Of a DNA stretch of 27,262 nucleotides, positions 16,895-25,508 are shown one piece after another. Location of the stretch: NCBI GenBank assembly GCA_038525885.1, contig JBCBHI010000001.1, positions 1 to 27,262 on the forward strand. The letters run 5' to 3'. This DNA is from Bacteroidota bacterium (GTDB lineage Bacteria; Bacteroidota; Bacteroidia; Cytophagales; Cyclobacteriaceae). The notes below the pieces were generated by a model. That model saw only the letters and a program-made list of their open reading frames with translations. It was not told where the DNA came from and made no database searches. Numbering within the stretch: position 1 is the stretch's first letter; every line of letters starts with the position of its first letter. The position numbers were made by a program, and so were the translations under genes.

Positions 16895-18787
16895 TTACAA
16901 TGCCCCGGCTTTGATTTCTTCTACTACTCCGGGGTTTAGCAGGGTACTGATATCACCCAGATTAGAAGTGTCTCCTTCGGCGATTTTGCGAAGGATACGG
17001 CGCATGATCTTGCCGGAACGGGTTTTGGGCAGCCCACTTACAAACTGGATCTTCTCTGGCTTGGCGATGGGCCCAATGGTGCTAGACACCAAATCCAGAA
17101 TCTCCTTACGGAAAGCCACCTCGTCTTCGATGTCGTGGTAGGTGGTTACATAGGCGTATACACTTTGGCCCTTGATGTCGTGCGGGTAGCCTACCACGGC
17201 GGTCTCTACAATGTTTTTGTGCTCATCGATGGCGGATTCTATTTCGGCCGTGCCGAGGTTGTGCCCGCTTACAATGATTACATCGTCTACCCGGCCAGTG
17301 ATGCGGTAGTAGCCGTCCTCATCCCGGCGGCAGCCGTCTCCGGTGAAGTACTTACCCGGGAAGGTGCTGAAGTAGGTGTCCTTGTAGCGTTGGTGGTTGC
17401 CGTATACGGTACGAGCCATACTAGGCCAAGGAAATTTCACAGTCAGCCGGCCTTCCACATCGTTGCCCTCCAATTCGTTACCCTCAGCATCCATTACCGC
17501 TAGCTGCACACCGGGCATGGGGAAGGTGGCAAAGGTAGGCTTGGTCTTGGTCACGTGGGCGATGGGCGAGATCATAAAACCGCCCGTCTCGGTTTGCCAG
17601 TAGGTGTCCACAATGGGGCATTTGTTCTTCCCGATGTGGTCATCGTACCAGTGCCAGGCCTCCTCGTTGATGGGTTCGCCCACCGAACCCAATACGCGCA
17701 GGGTATCCAGCTTGGCCCGCTTCACTACATCCAATCCGGCTTTTTCCAGGGCCCGGATGGCCGTAGGGGCTGTGTAGAATATGTTTACGCTGTGGCGGTC
17801 GCACACGTCCCAAAAACGCCCCATATCCGGGTAGCTAGGTACCCCTTCGAACATCAGGCTGGTAGCTCCCGCAGTCAAGGGACCGTAAAGAATGTAGCTA
17901 TGCCCAGTGATCCAACCCACATCTGCGGTACACCAGTAGACATCGCCTTCGTTGTACTGGAAGGCATTGCGGAAGGTATAGTTGGTGTATACCATGTAGC
18001 CGCCACAGGTATGCACCATGCCCTTGGGGGTACCGGTAGAACCGGAGGTGTAGAGGATAAAGAGCAGGTCTTCGCTGTCCATCTCCTCGGCCTCACACTC
18101 CGGCGACTGCCCATGAATAGCATCTTCCCACCATACATCGCGCCCCGACTCCATCGTGACGGATTCGCCCGTGCGCTCGGCCACAATCACCTTCTCTACC
18201 GAGGTAGTTTCTTTGAGCGCGTCATCCACAATGGTTTTCAGCCCCAGGGTTTTGCCTCCCCGGTAGCTACCATCGGAAGTGATGACCATTTTGCAGCTGG
18301 CATCGTTGATGCGGCTGGCCAAAGCGGAGGAGGAGAATCCGGCAAACACCACACTGTGTACGGCACCCACCCGGGCACAGGCCAATACGGCCACGGCCAT
18401 TTCAGGTATCATGGGCAGGTATATGCACACCCGGTCGCCTTTCTTAATGCCTTGGGCCTTCAGCGCATTGGCAAACTGACACACCTTTTGATATAGCTGG
18501 CGGTAGGTGAGAGAGATGGGATCATCCCCAGGCTCATTCGGTTCCCAAATAATGGCCGTCTGGTCGCCCCGGGTTTCCAGATGACGGTCCAGGCAGTTCT
18601 CAGTGATATTGAGCTTACCCCCCAGAAACCACTTAGCCTCCGGAGCATGGAAATCCCATTCCAGCACCTTATCCCATTTCTTACGCCAAGTAAATTGCTC
18701 GGCCATTTCAGCCCAAAAGCTTTCAGGGTCTTCAACACTGCGGGCATAGGCCTGCTGGTAGTCTTCCCAGGTGTTAATTCTCCACAT
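16895..18787 (-). CDS. acs: Acetate--CoA ligase (AMP-forming acetyl-CoA synthetase)
   Basis: Start likely ATG 18787 (MWRINTWEDY); LYTSGSTGTPKG, TADVGWITGHSY, DTYWQTETGG, LPKTRSGKIMRRILRKI (acetylatable Lys). Confidence 0.95.
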   Translation of the reverse strand: MWRINTWEDYQQAYARSVEDPESFWAEMAEQFTWRKKWDKVLEWDFHAPEAKWFLGGKLNITENCLDRHLETRGDQTAIIWEPNEPGDDPISLTYRQLYQKVCQFANALKAQGIKKGDRVCIYLPMIPEMAVAVLACARVGAVHSVVFAGFSSSALASRINDASCKMVITSDGSYRGGKTLGLKTIVDDALKETTSVEKVIVAERTGESVTMESGRDVWWEDAIHGQSPECEAEEMDSEDLLFILYTSGSTGTPKGMVHTCGGYMVYTNYTFRNAFQYNEGDVYWCTADVGWITGHSYILYGPLTAGATSLMFEGVPSYPDMGRFWDVCDRHSVNIFYTAPTAIRALEKAGLDVVKRAKLDTLRVLGSVGEPINEEAWHWYDDHIGKNKCPIVDTYWQTETGGFMISPIAHVTKTKPTFATFPMPGVQLAVMDAEGNELEGNDVEGRLTVKFPWPSMARTVYGNHQRYKDTYFSTFPGKYFTGDGCRRDEDGYYRITGRVDDVIIVSGHNLGTAEIESAIDEHKNIVETAVVGYPHDIKGQSVYAYVTTYHDIEDEVAFRKEILDLVSSTIGPIAKPEKIQFVSGLPKTRSGKIMRRILRKIAEGDTSNLGDISTLLNPGVVEEIKAGAL

Positions 18788-18819
18788 GTCGTTTTTCGTT
18801 TTCAGGTTTTGTAAAAAAT

Positions 18820-18854
18820 AGAAGTCAGAAGCGTGAAGTGAGAAGCGAGAATTC
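18820..18854. repeat. Heptamer tandem repeat in the acs leader
   Basis: AGAAGTC AGAAGCG TGAAGTG AGAAGCG AGAATTC. Confidence 0.7.
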
Positions 18855-18999
18855 GAAGCCATACATATTCCACTTTTCAGCCCTCCTGAACTTCCCGTAT
18901 AATTTTTATGGCTGCCCGTGAGGGATAAGATTTGGATCCACACCTCCTGCCTTGCAGGCCGGTGGCATTACCTCATTCCCTCCGGGGTACCTTATCGCA

Positions 19000-20010
19000 T
19001 TACACTAGTTTGGCCAACACCCTTCCTTTGGTTTTGCCTTCCAAAATGGCAGGAATATACGCTTCGCTCAGCGTGTCCAAATCCGTTTCGGTGTACATTC
19101 CCTCTACCATGGGCACCCGCCAGCTAGTGGCCAACTTGTCCCACACCGCTTTGCGCACAGCCATGGGGTGCTCCGCAGACTCTACGCCCAGTACGTTCAC
19201 ACCCCGCAGGATGAAGGGGAATACACTGGCGTCAAATTTGGGCGAAGCCACCAAGCCACAAACGGCCACATTGCCATAGGACTTAGTCCCTTTAATCACG
19301 GAGGCAAGCATATCGCCCCCCACCGTGTCCAGAGCACCCGCCCAGCGGGCTTTCAGTATGGGGCGACCAGAGGTATCAATTACCTCATCCCGAGCAAGGA
19401 TCTCTTTGGCCCCAAGGCCACGGAGGTAGTCATGGGCATCGGCAGATCCGGTTACCGCCCACACGTCATAGCCTGCCTGCGAGAAAATAGCTACGGCCAA
19501 GCTCCCTACACCTCCGGAGGCCCCGGTGACGAGCAAAGGTCCCATATCAGGGTTTTGGCCCATACGCTCCATTTGGTATAGTCCCAAACCCGCAGTGAGC
19601 CCCGCAGTGCCTTGTACCATACTCTCTCGCAAGTCATAGCCCTGGGGCATGGGAATCACCCAGCTACCTGGCACCCGGATGTACTCGGCAAAAGCTCCGG
19701 AGGTATTCATGCCTAAATCGTAGCTGGTGCAAATCACCGACATCCCCTCTTGAAAGTCAGGATGTTTAGAGGCAACCACAACTCCCGAGGCATCGATCCC
19801 GGGGGTATGGGGGTAGTTGCGGGTGACCCCTTTGTTACCCGTGGCAGAGAGGCCGTCCTTATAGTTGAGTGCGGCATAGTGCACCCGTATGGTGACTTCG
19901 TCTTCGAAACTGGGCAGCTCTGCCAGCGGCAGGTCTTTAATGGACCGGGAAAACTTCCCCGCTTCGGTTTCTTCCACCCGGAGTCCCAGGTAGTGTGTTG
20001 GTAGGTTCAT
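19000..20010 (-). CDS. YhdH/YhfP family MDR oxidoreductase (AcuI, acryloyl-CoA reductase-like)
   Basis: YAALNYKDGLS...PHTPGIDASG, GTAGLTAG, VTGASGGVGSLA, FPFILRGVNVLGVES. Confidence 0.9.
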   Translation of the reverse strand: MNLPTHYLGLRVEETEAGKFSRSIKDLPLAELPSFEDEVTIRVHYAALNYKDGLSATGNKGVTRNYPHTPGIDASGVVVASKHPDFQEGMSVICTSYDLGMNTSGAFAEYIRVPGSWVIPMPQGYDLRESMVQGTAGLTAGLGLYQMERMGQNPDMGPLLVTGASGGVGSLAVAIFSQAGYDVWAVTGSADAHDYLRGLGAKEILARDEVIDTSGRPILKARWAGALDTVGGDMLASVIKGTKSYGNVAVCGLVASPKFDASVFPFILRGVNVLGVESAEHPMAVRKAVWDKLATSWRVPMVEGMYTETDLDTLSEAYIPAILEGKTKGRVLAKLV

Positions 20011-20015
20011 AGGTG

Positions 20016-20393
20016 CTATCCTTTACGTTCTTTATCCATTTTCTTTACTTTATCCATCAGGTGCCGGGTAGAAAACGGCTTGGTCAAATACAAATCCGCG
20101 CCCAGCGCATATCCTTTCTCTACATCCGATTCTTTGGACTTGGCGGTGAGGAAAATCACCTTGGTGGCATGCAGAGTGTTATGATTTTTTACATAACTGC
20201 AAACCTCATATCCGTCTACCTCGGGCATCATAATATCCAGCACGATGATGTGAGGTTCCTCCCGGTCGATGATCTCCATGGCTTCGGAACCATCGCGGGC
20301 AATGAACACCTGATGGCCCCCTTTTTTCATCAGAAATTCCAGGGACATCAGAATATTAGGCTCATCGTCTACGATCAAAACTTTCGTGCTCAT
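20016..20393 (-). CDS. Single-domain response regulator
   Basis: KVLIVDDEPNI...IVLDIMMPEVDG...IFLTAK...LTKPFS; ATGA overlap with the kinase stop. Confidence 0.92.
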   Translation of the reverse strand: MSTKVLIVDDEPNILMSLEFLMKKGGHQVFIARDGSEAMEIIDREEPHIIVLDIMMPEVDGYEVCSYVKNHNTLHATKVIFLTAKSKESDVEKGYALGADLYLTKPFSTRHLMDKVKKMDKERKG

Positions 20394-23137
20394 GGCGCAG
20401 TGGGGTTTGCGGGTTTACCAACAGGTTGGGCAGGCAAGGCAAAGCTAAAACGCGCGCCTTCACCGGGGGTGCTTTCTACCCAGATGCGGCCCTGATGCCG
20501 GAGCAAAATGCGTTGGCAGATTGCCAGCCCCAGGCCACTACCGATGGGTTTGCGTACCGTTTGGTTTTCTACCTGATAGAATTTATCGAAGATAAGCGAC
20601 TGAATTTCGGGGGCAATGCCTTTGCCATTATCAGACACCCGCACGCGGATTTCTCCATCTATGTAGTAGGAAGTAATCACAATTTTCCCAAGCCCGGCCT
20701 CCACAAACTTTACTGCATTGGACAGCAAGTTGAGCACTACTTGCGTCATGCGGTCGCGGTCGGCATATACTGGGGGCAGGGAGCCCTGCAAGTCTACCTG
20801 AAGCGCTATTTTCTTCTCCTTAATCACCTGACGGAAGGATTCTACGGCTTCGTGCATCACTTCATTGAGCTGGATACTGGTCATATGCAGCGACATTTTC
20901 CCGGAATCCAATTTCTCCAGATCGAGCACCTGCGAAATCAAACGGTTCATCCGTTCGGTCTCGCTGATGATGGTATTCAGAAACTGATCCCGCTCCTCCC
21001 CTTCAAGGTCCGGATTATCCGCCAATATTTCGGACATCGCGCGGATGGCCGTAAGCGGGGTGCGCATCTCATGGGTAACGGTGGAGATGAAATCGTCCTT
21101 GCGGGCATCCAATAACCTGAGCTGGGTGTTGGCTTGCTGTAGGGCTTCGGAAGCTTCACGCAATGCTTCGGATTTCTGCCGTAGCTCTTGGTTGATGGAT
21201 ACCAGATGCTGAGACTCGCGCAGTAGATTGTGCACCTCCTCCATGGTGATTTCCTCTTCCTTCAGCGTGGTGGCCAGCAGCACCCTCGCCGAAGCCCTTC
21301 CCATGGATTCGGCCAGCATACGTTCGGCATAGTTGACCAACCGGGCATCGGCCACAGTTTGGGCATTCCAGTCTACCTGGTAGGTTTGGGCAAAGGCGGC
21401 CAGAATCTCCTGGCTGCGGGCATGGCCCAGAAACTGTTCCAGCAGGCGGCGGATTTCATCTACCGAGGCACGGCCCTTCCAGCCAATGGAAGAATCATAG
21501 GCTTCCGAATATTTGAATACCTCTATGAATACTTCTGCCTGGTTCTGCTCTTTGCTACTAGGGGAAGTGAAAACGGAGACAATCACGTAAGCTCCCAGGT
21601 TCCAGAACAAGCTCCAAAACACCCCGTGGGCCATGGGTTCCATGGACTCTAAGCCCAAAAACTGATAGGGACGCAAAAGAGAAATGCCCCACAAGCCTTC
21701 CTGCATGAGTCGCTCGCCCATCAACCCTGACCCTACCAGGGTGGGCAACACCAGAGTGAATCCCCAGATGAGGAAGCCAATCATAATACCCGCAGTAGCG
21801 CCTAGCTTGGTACCGCCCTTCCAGTACATACCTCCCAGCAGAGCCGGGGCAAATTGCGCCACGGCCGCAAAGGAGATAAGCCCAATGGACACTAGGGAAT
21901 AGCTGCCCGCTACCCAATGGTGGTACAAATAGGCTAGCAACAGGAGCAGAATAATATTGACCCGGCGGCTGGCGATGAGGATACGCCCAAAGTAGCTGCC
22001 TAGCCGCTGGGTAAGGGGTTTGGAGCTTACCAGGTAGGGAACTAGTACGTTGTGGCTGATCATGCGGCTAAGGGCAATGGTAGACACAATGATCATGGAG
22101 GAAGCGGCAGAAAAACCACCCAGATAGGCCAGCAAGGCCAAGCCATCCCGGTCGGCCCACAGGGGCAAGGTCAGTACAAAAGTATCGGCATCTACATCGC
22201 CCAAGGGGAAGGTAAGCCGGCCGGCAAAGGCGATGGGTAATACAAAAATATTGATCAGCAGTAGATATAAGGGGAACAGCCAGATGGCTTTCCGAATGTT
22301 ACTTTCCTTGCGGTTTTCCAGGACCGCTACCTGAAATTGCCGAGGCAGTAATAAGAAAGCAAACATGCTGGCCATTAGCATCCAAAACCAGCGGGAGAAC
22401 CCTACCTCTTCGTCCATCAGGAATAGCTGCTGCAAGGCCGGCTGGGCCTGGGCCTGCCGGAACAGGTCGCCAAAGCCATCAAACAATCCAAAGGTGATGA
22501 CGGCCCCTACCACGAGAAAGGCCACCAGTTTGACGATAGACTCAAAGGCTACGGCCACCACCATACCCTCGTGGTTGCGGGTAACGTCCAGCGGCTTGGA
22601 ACCGAAAATGATGATGAACACGCCCAACACCAGCGTGATATAAAAGGAGGAGTCCTGGTACCAAGCGCCCGTAGACTGGGCTATCAGGGTGGAAGAGGTA
22701 AGAATTTCGAAGCTGGAGCCGATAGCTTTGAGTTGTAGGGCAATGTAGGGCACAATACCCAGTACGCACACGATAGTCACCAGATAGCTGAGGCGCAGGC
22801 TTTGCCCATAGCGGGCAGAAATGAAGTCTGCCAGGGTGGTGATACGCTGCACCCGGCAAATGCGAATGGCCTTGCGCAAAATAATCCACCAGAGGGGTGC
22901 GGTGAGCGTAGGCCCCAAGTAGATGGTAAGGAACTCAATGCCGTTGTTGGCCGCACGGCCCACGGAGCCATAGTAGGTCCAGGCAGTGCAATACACCGCC
23001 AGGCTAAGAGCATAGACGTAGGGGTTGTTTACCAGGCTTCGGCCCCGCTGAGCACGGCGTTCTCCCCACCATGCCAAGGCGAATAGCAAGGAAAGATACC
23101 CTACCGAAAAGCCGATGACCCACCCCAGGTTGTTCAT
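20390..23137 (-). CDS. Sodium:solute symporter-fused sensor histidine kinase (SSS-STAC-HisKA-HATPase; CrbS/CbrA-like)
   Basis: N-terminal SSS (LSLAVYCTAWTYYGSVG, LLLPRQFQVAV); STAC-like LLEQFLG...AERMLAESMGRASARVLL; H-box FISTVTHEMRTPL; NLLSNAVKF, DNGKGI, GSGLGL. Confidence 0.92.
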   Translation of the reverse strand: MNNLGWVIGFSVGYLSLLFALAWWGERRAQRGRSLVNNPYVYALSLAVYCTAWTYYGSVGRAANNGIEFLTIYLGPTLTAPLWWIILRKAIRICRVQRITTLADFISARYGQSLRLSYLVTIVCVLGIVPYIALQLKAIGSSFEILTSSTLIAQSTGAWYQDSSFYITLVLGVFIIIFGSKPLDVTRNHEGMVVAVAFESIVKLVAFLVVGAVITFGLFDGFGDLFRQAQAQPALQQLFLMDEEVGFSRWFWMLMASMFAFLLLPRQFQVAVLENRKESNIRKAIWLFPLYLLLINIFVLPIAFAGRLTFPLGDVDADTFVLTLPLWADRDGLALLAYLGGFSAASSMIIVSTIALSRMISHNVLVPYLVSSKPLTQRLGSYFGRILIASRRVNIILLLLLAYLYHHWVAGSYSLVSIGLISFAAVAQFAPALLGGMYWKGGTKLGATAGIMIGFLIWGFTLVLPTLVGSGLMGERLMQEGLWGISLLRPYQFLGLESMEPMAHGVFWSLFWNLGAYVIVSVFTSPSSKEQNQAEVFIEVFKYSEAYDSSIGWKGRASVDEIRRLLEQFLGHARSQEILAAFAQTYQVDWNAQTVADARLVNYAERMLAESMGRASARVLLATTLKEEEITMEEVHNLLRESQHLVSINQELRQKSEALREASEALQQANTQLRLLDARKDDFISTVTHEMRTPLTAIRAMSEILADNPDLEGEERDQFLNTIISETERMNRLISQVLDLEKLDSGKMSLHMTSIQLNEVMHEAVESFRQVIKEKKIALQVDLQGSLPPVYADRDRMTQVVLNLLSNAVKFVEAGLGKIVITSYYIDGEIRVRVSDNGKGIAPEIQSLIFDKFYQVENQTVRKPIGSGLGLAICQRILLRHQGRIWVESTPGEGARFSFALPAQPVGKPANPTAP

Positions 23138-23445
23138 TCTTCTTCAGGATCGGTTTCCTTGATAGAGGTACGAACAATTCTTGCCAAGGCCACTATAACT
23201 ACTATCCAAACCAGGAAAATGTAGAAGTACAGCACAGGAAAGCCACCCACAAAATCCAGACGATTGAAAATGGAAAGGAGGGGCGGATTGATACTCACCA
23301 GAAGTAAGCCAAATACGGCCAGGAGTCGGGGCACAAGCCCGCGTTTATTTGATGTTTTCTTGGACACAGGACCTGAAAATAGCAAATCCTGCCAACGATC
23401 GTCAGAGGGAGCGGAATAACTAGAAGGGCGGTTTGAACTGCTCAT
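23134..23445 (-). CDS. Small 2-TM membrane protein preceding the SSS kinase (start uncertain, may be later)
   Basis: LLAVFGLLLVSINPPLLSIF...GGFPVLYFYIFLVWIVVI; ATGA overlap with the kinase start. Confidence 0.7.
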   Translation of the reverse strand: MSSSNRPSSYSAPSDDRWQDLLFSGPVSKKTSNKRGLVPRLLAVFGLLLVSINPPLLSIFNRLDFVGGFPVLYFYIFLVWIVVIVALARIVRTSIKETDPEEE

Positions 23446-23454
23446 TTCGAGGAG

Positions 23455-23490
23455 AAAAAATGACCCGGAGGAGAAACCTTCTCCTCCGGG
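23455..23490 (-). terminator. Intrinsic terminator of the symporter operon
   Basis: Perfect 12-bp inverted repeat CCCGGAGGAGAA-ACC-TTCTCCTCCGGG with a T6 tract on the minus strand. Confidence 0.8.
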
Positions 23491-23507
23491 AACACCTGTG
23501 GATACAC

Positions 23508-25202
23508 TTAGTGAACCGCAGCGGGCTGCTTAGCCCCGCTAGGGTGGCGAATGTCCTCCACCAGATCTTGTACATCCTGTGGTGGCTGAGCGGTGAAACG
23601 CATCACGACCAGGGCCACTACAAAGTTGACCAGCATGGCTACTACCCCGAAGCCTTCAGGAGAGATGCCAAACCACCAGTCTTCAGCGGTGGTATCACCA
23701 AAGACGTTGAACTTGAAGCGCAGGATGTAGAAACACATCACCAACAGGCCAGAAACCATTCCCGCAATAGCTCCCTCTTTGTTCATTCGCTTGGAGAAAA
23801 TACCCATCATGATGGTGGGGAAGAACGAGGAGGCCGCCAGGCCAAAGGCCAGCGCTACCACCGCCGCGACATAGTCTGGTGGGTTGATACCGAAGTAGCC
23901 TGCCACACACACCGCAAAGGCAGCCGATATACGAGCAATCCATAATTCACTGCGCTCGCTCATGTCGGGAGCGAATTGTTTCTTAATCAAATCATGAGAT
24001 ACGGAGGCTGAGATTACCAATAGCAAGCCTGCCGCCGTAGAGAGCGCAGCTGCCAGACCACCAGCCGCTACCAGGGCGATAACCCAGCTGGGCAGATTGG
24101 CAATTTCAGGGTTGGCCAAAACCATGATGTCGCGGTCTACCGTAAGCTCGTTAGCAGCGGGGTCTGCCACATACTGAATTCTGCCATCCCCGTTTTTGTC
24201 TTCAAAGCCCAGCAGGCCCGTTTCTTCCCATTTGGTAAACCAAGTAGGCATGGAAGAGTACGGCTGATCCCTTACGGTCTCGATGAGGTTGGTACGGGCA
24301 AAGGCCGCTACGGCAGGAGCCGCAGTGTACAGGATGGCAATGAATACCAGGGCATACCCAGCAGAAACCCGGGCATCTTTTACCTTAGGCACAGTAAAGA
24401 AGCGCACAATCACGTGCGGAAGCCCGGCAGTACCTACCATCAGGGCAGCTACGATACAGAAGACGTCGATCATGGACTTAGAACCGTCCGTATAGGCCGC
24501 AAAACCCAACTCTTCGTGCAGTCCGTCTAGCTTATCGAGCAAGGAAACATCCGTACCGACTACGTTGCCACCAAAACCCAGCTGAGGAATAGGATTGCCC
24601 GTCAGCTGAATAGAGATAAAAATGGCCGGTACCATAAAGGCGAAAATGAGAATACAGTATTGAGCCACCTGGGTGTAGGTAATCCCTTTCATGCCGCCCA
24701 GTACGGCATAAAAAAACACGATGCCCATCCCGATGAGTACGCCGTTGGTTACGTCTACTTCCAGGAAGCGAGAGAACACCACGCCCACACCGCGCATCTG
24801 ACCTGCCACGTAGGTAAAGGATACGAACAGGGCGCAGATCACCGCTACTGTACGGGCGGTATTGGAGTAGTAGCGGTCTCCAATGAAATCGGGCACGGTA
24901 AACTTTCCGAACTTCCGGAGATAAGGAGCCAGCAGAAGCGCCAGGAGTACGTAACCACCAGTCCAGCCCATGAGGTACACGGAGCCGTCATAGCCCATAA
25001 AGGAAATAAGCCCGGCCATGGAGATGAAGGAGGCGGCCGACATCCAGTCTGCCGCCGTGGCCATGCCATTGGCCAGGGGGTGCACACCACCGCCAGCCAC
25101 GTAGAATTCTTTGGTAGAGCCTGCCCGAGACCACACGGCAATGCCGATGTACAGGGCAAAAGTGATTCCTACAATGATATATGTCCAAGTTTGAACGTCC
25201 AT
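23508..25202 (-). CDS. Sodium:solute symporter, ActP-like cation/acetate (monocarboxylate) type
   Basis: NGMATAADWMSAASFISMAG, GWTGGYVLLALLLAPYLRKFGKFTVPDF, GTAGLPHVIVRFFTVP. Confidence 0.9.
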   Translation of the reverse strand: MDVQTWTYIIVGITFALYIGIAVWSRAGSTKEFYVAGGGVHPLANGMATAADWMSAASFISMAGLISFMGYDGSVYLMGWTGGYVLLALLLAPYLRKFGKFTVPDFIGDRYYSNTARTVAVICALFVSFTYVAGQMRGVGVVFSRFLEVDVTNGVLIGMGIVFFYAVLGGMKGITYTQVAQYCILIFAFMVPAIFISIQLTGNPIPQLGFGGNVVGTDVSLLDKLDGLHEELGFAAYTDGSKSMIDVFCIVAALMVGTAGLPHVIVRFFTVPKVKDARVSAGYALVFIAILYTAAPAVAAFARTNLIETVRDQPYSSMPTWFTKWEETGLLGFEDKNGDGRIQYVADPAANELTVDRDIMVLANPEIANLPSWVIALVAAGGLAAALSTAAGLLLVISASVSHDLIKKQFAPDMSERSELWIARISAAFAVCVAGYFGINPPDYVAAVVALAFGLAASSFFPTIMMGIFSKRMNKEGAIAGMVSGLLVMCFYILRFKFNVFGDTTAEDWWFGISPEGFGVVAMLVNFVVALVVMRFTAQPPQDVQDLVEDIRHPSGAKQPAAVH

Positions 25203-25223
25203 AATAGTGTCTGTTTCAGTGGT

Positions 25224-25490
25224 TTATTCTTCGTCTACCTCGTGCGCCTTGTCCAAGCGGTTCATCAGATACACATATACAAAAATGAGGATCACGAATA
25301 CGTAGATGGATCCCTGCTGGGCAAACCAGAAACCCAGCTTGAAACCGCCCAGTTGGACGTTGTTGAGTTGGTCTACCAGCAGCACGCCAAAACCGTAGCT
25401 CACCGCAAACCAAACACTCAGGAGGATGACTAGATACCGGATGTTTGTGGTCCAGTATCCTTTCAAGTCTTTACCTTCTCCCTTACTCAT
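25224..25490 (-). CDS. DUF4212 family small subunit of solute:sodium symporter
   Basis: YW..N...LSVWFAVSYG...GGFKLGFWFAQQGSIYVFVILIFVY...MNRLD. Confidence 0.9.
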   Translation of the reverse strand: MSKGEGKDLKGYWTTNIRYLVILLSVWFAVSYGFGVLLVDQLNNVQLGGFKLGFWFAQQGSIYVFVILIFVYVYLMNRLDKAHEVDEE

Positions 25491-25508
25491 ATGCTTGTGA
25501 TTTTTAGG

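Noticed and set aside
17555-18496. 313-aa plus-strand ORF
   Set aside because: Antisense shadow of acs, with no recognisable motifs.
18800-18810. AAACCTGAA shared 13-14 nt upstream of the acs and porin start codons (also 26852-26860) as a regulon motif
   Set aside because: Similar AAACC/A-rich tracts precede unrelated genes here (8889, 25490), so it is more likely a generic Bacteroidota translation-initiation sequence.
18788-18943. 52-aa N-terminal extension of acs
   Set aside because: Runs through the heptamer repeats and leader; Acs similarity begins at MWRIN.
18924-18996. SAM-I or TPP riboswitch
   Set aside because: GATAAG/CTTATC are in the reverse order of SAM-I P1 on both strands. The AUC-AGAG and GCAACC cores and the TPP CUGAGA motif are absent. 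Kept only as an unassigned structure.
20426-21115. 229-aa plus-strand ORF
   Set aside because: Antisense shadow of the kinase HATPase region.
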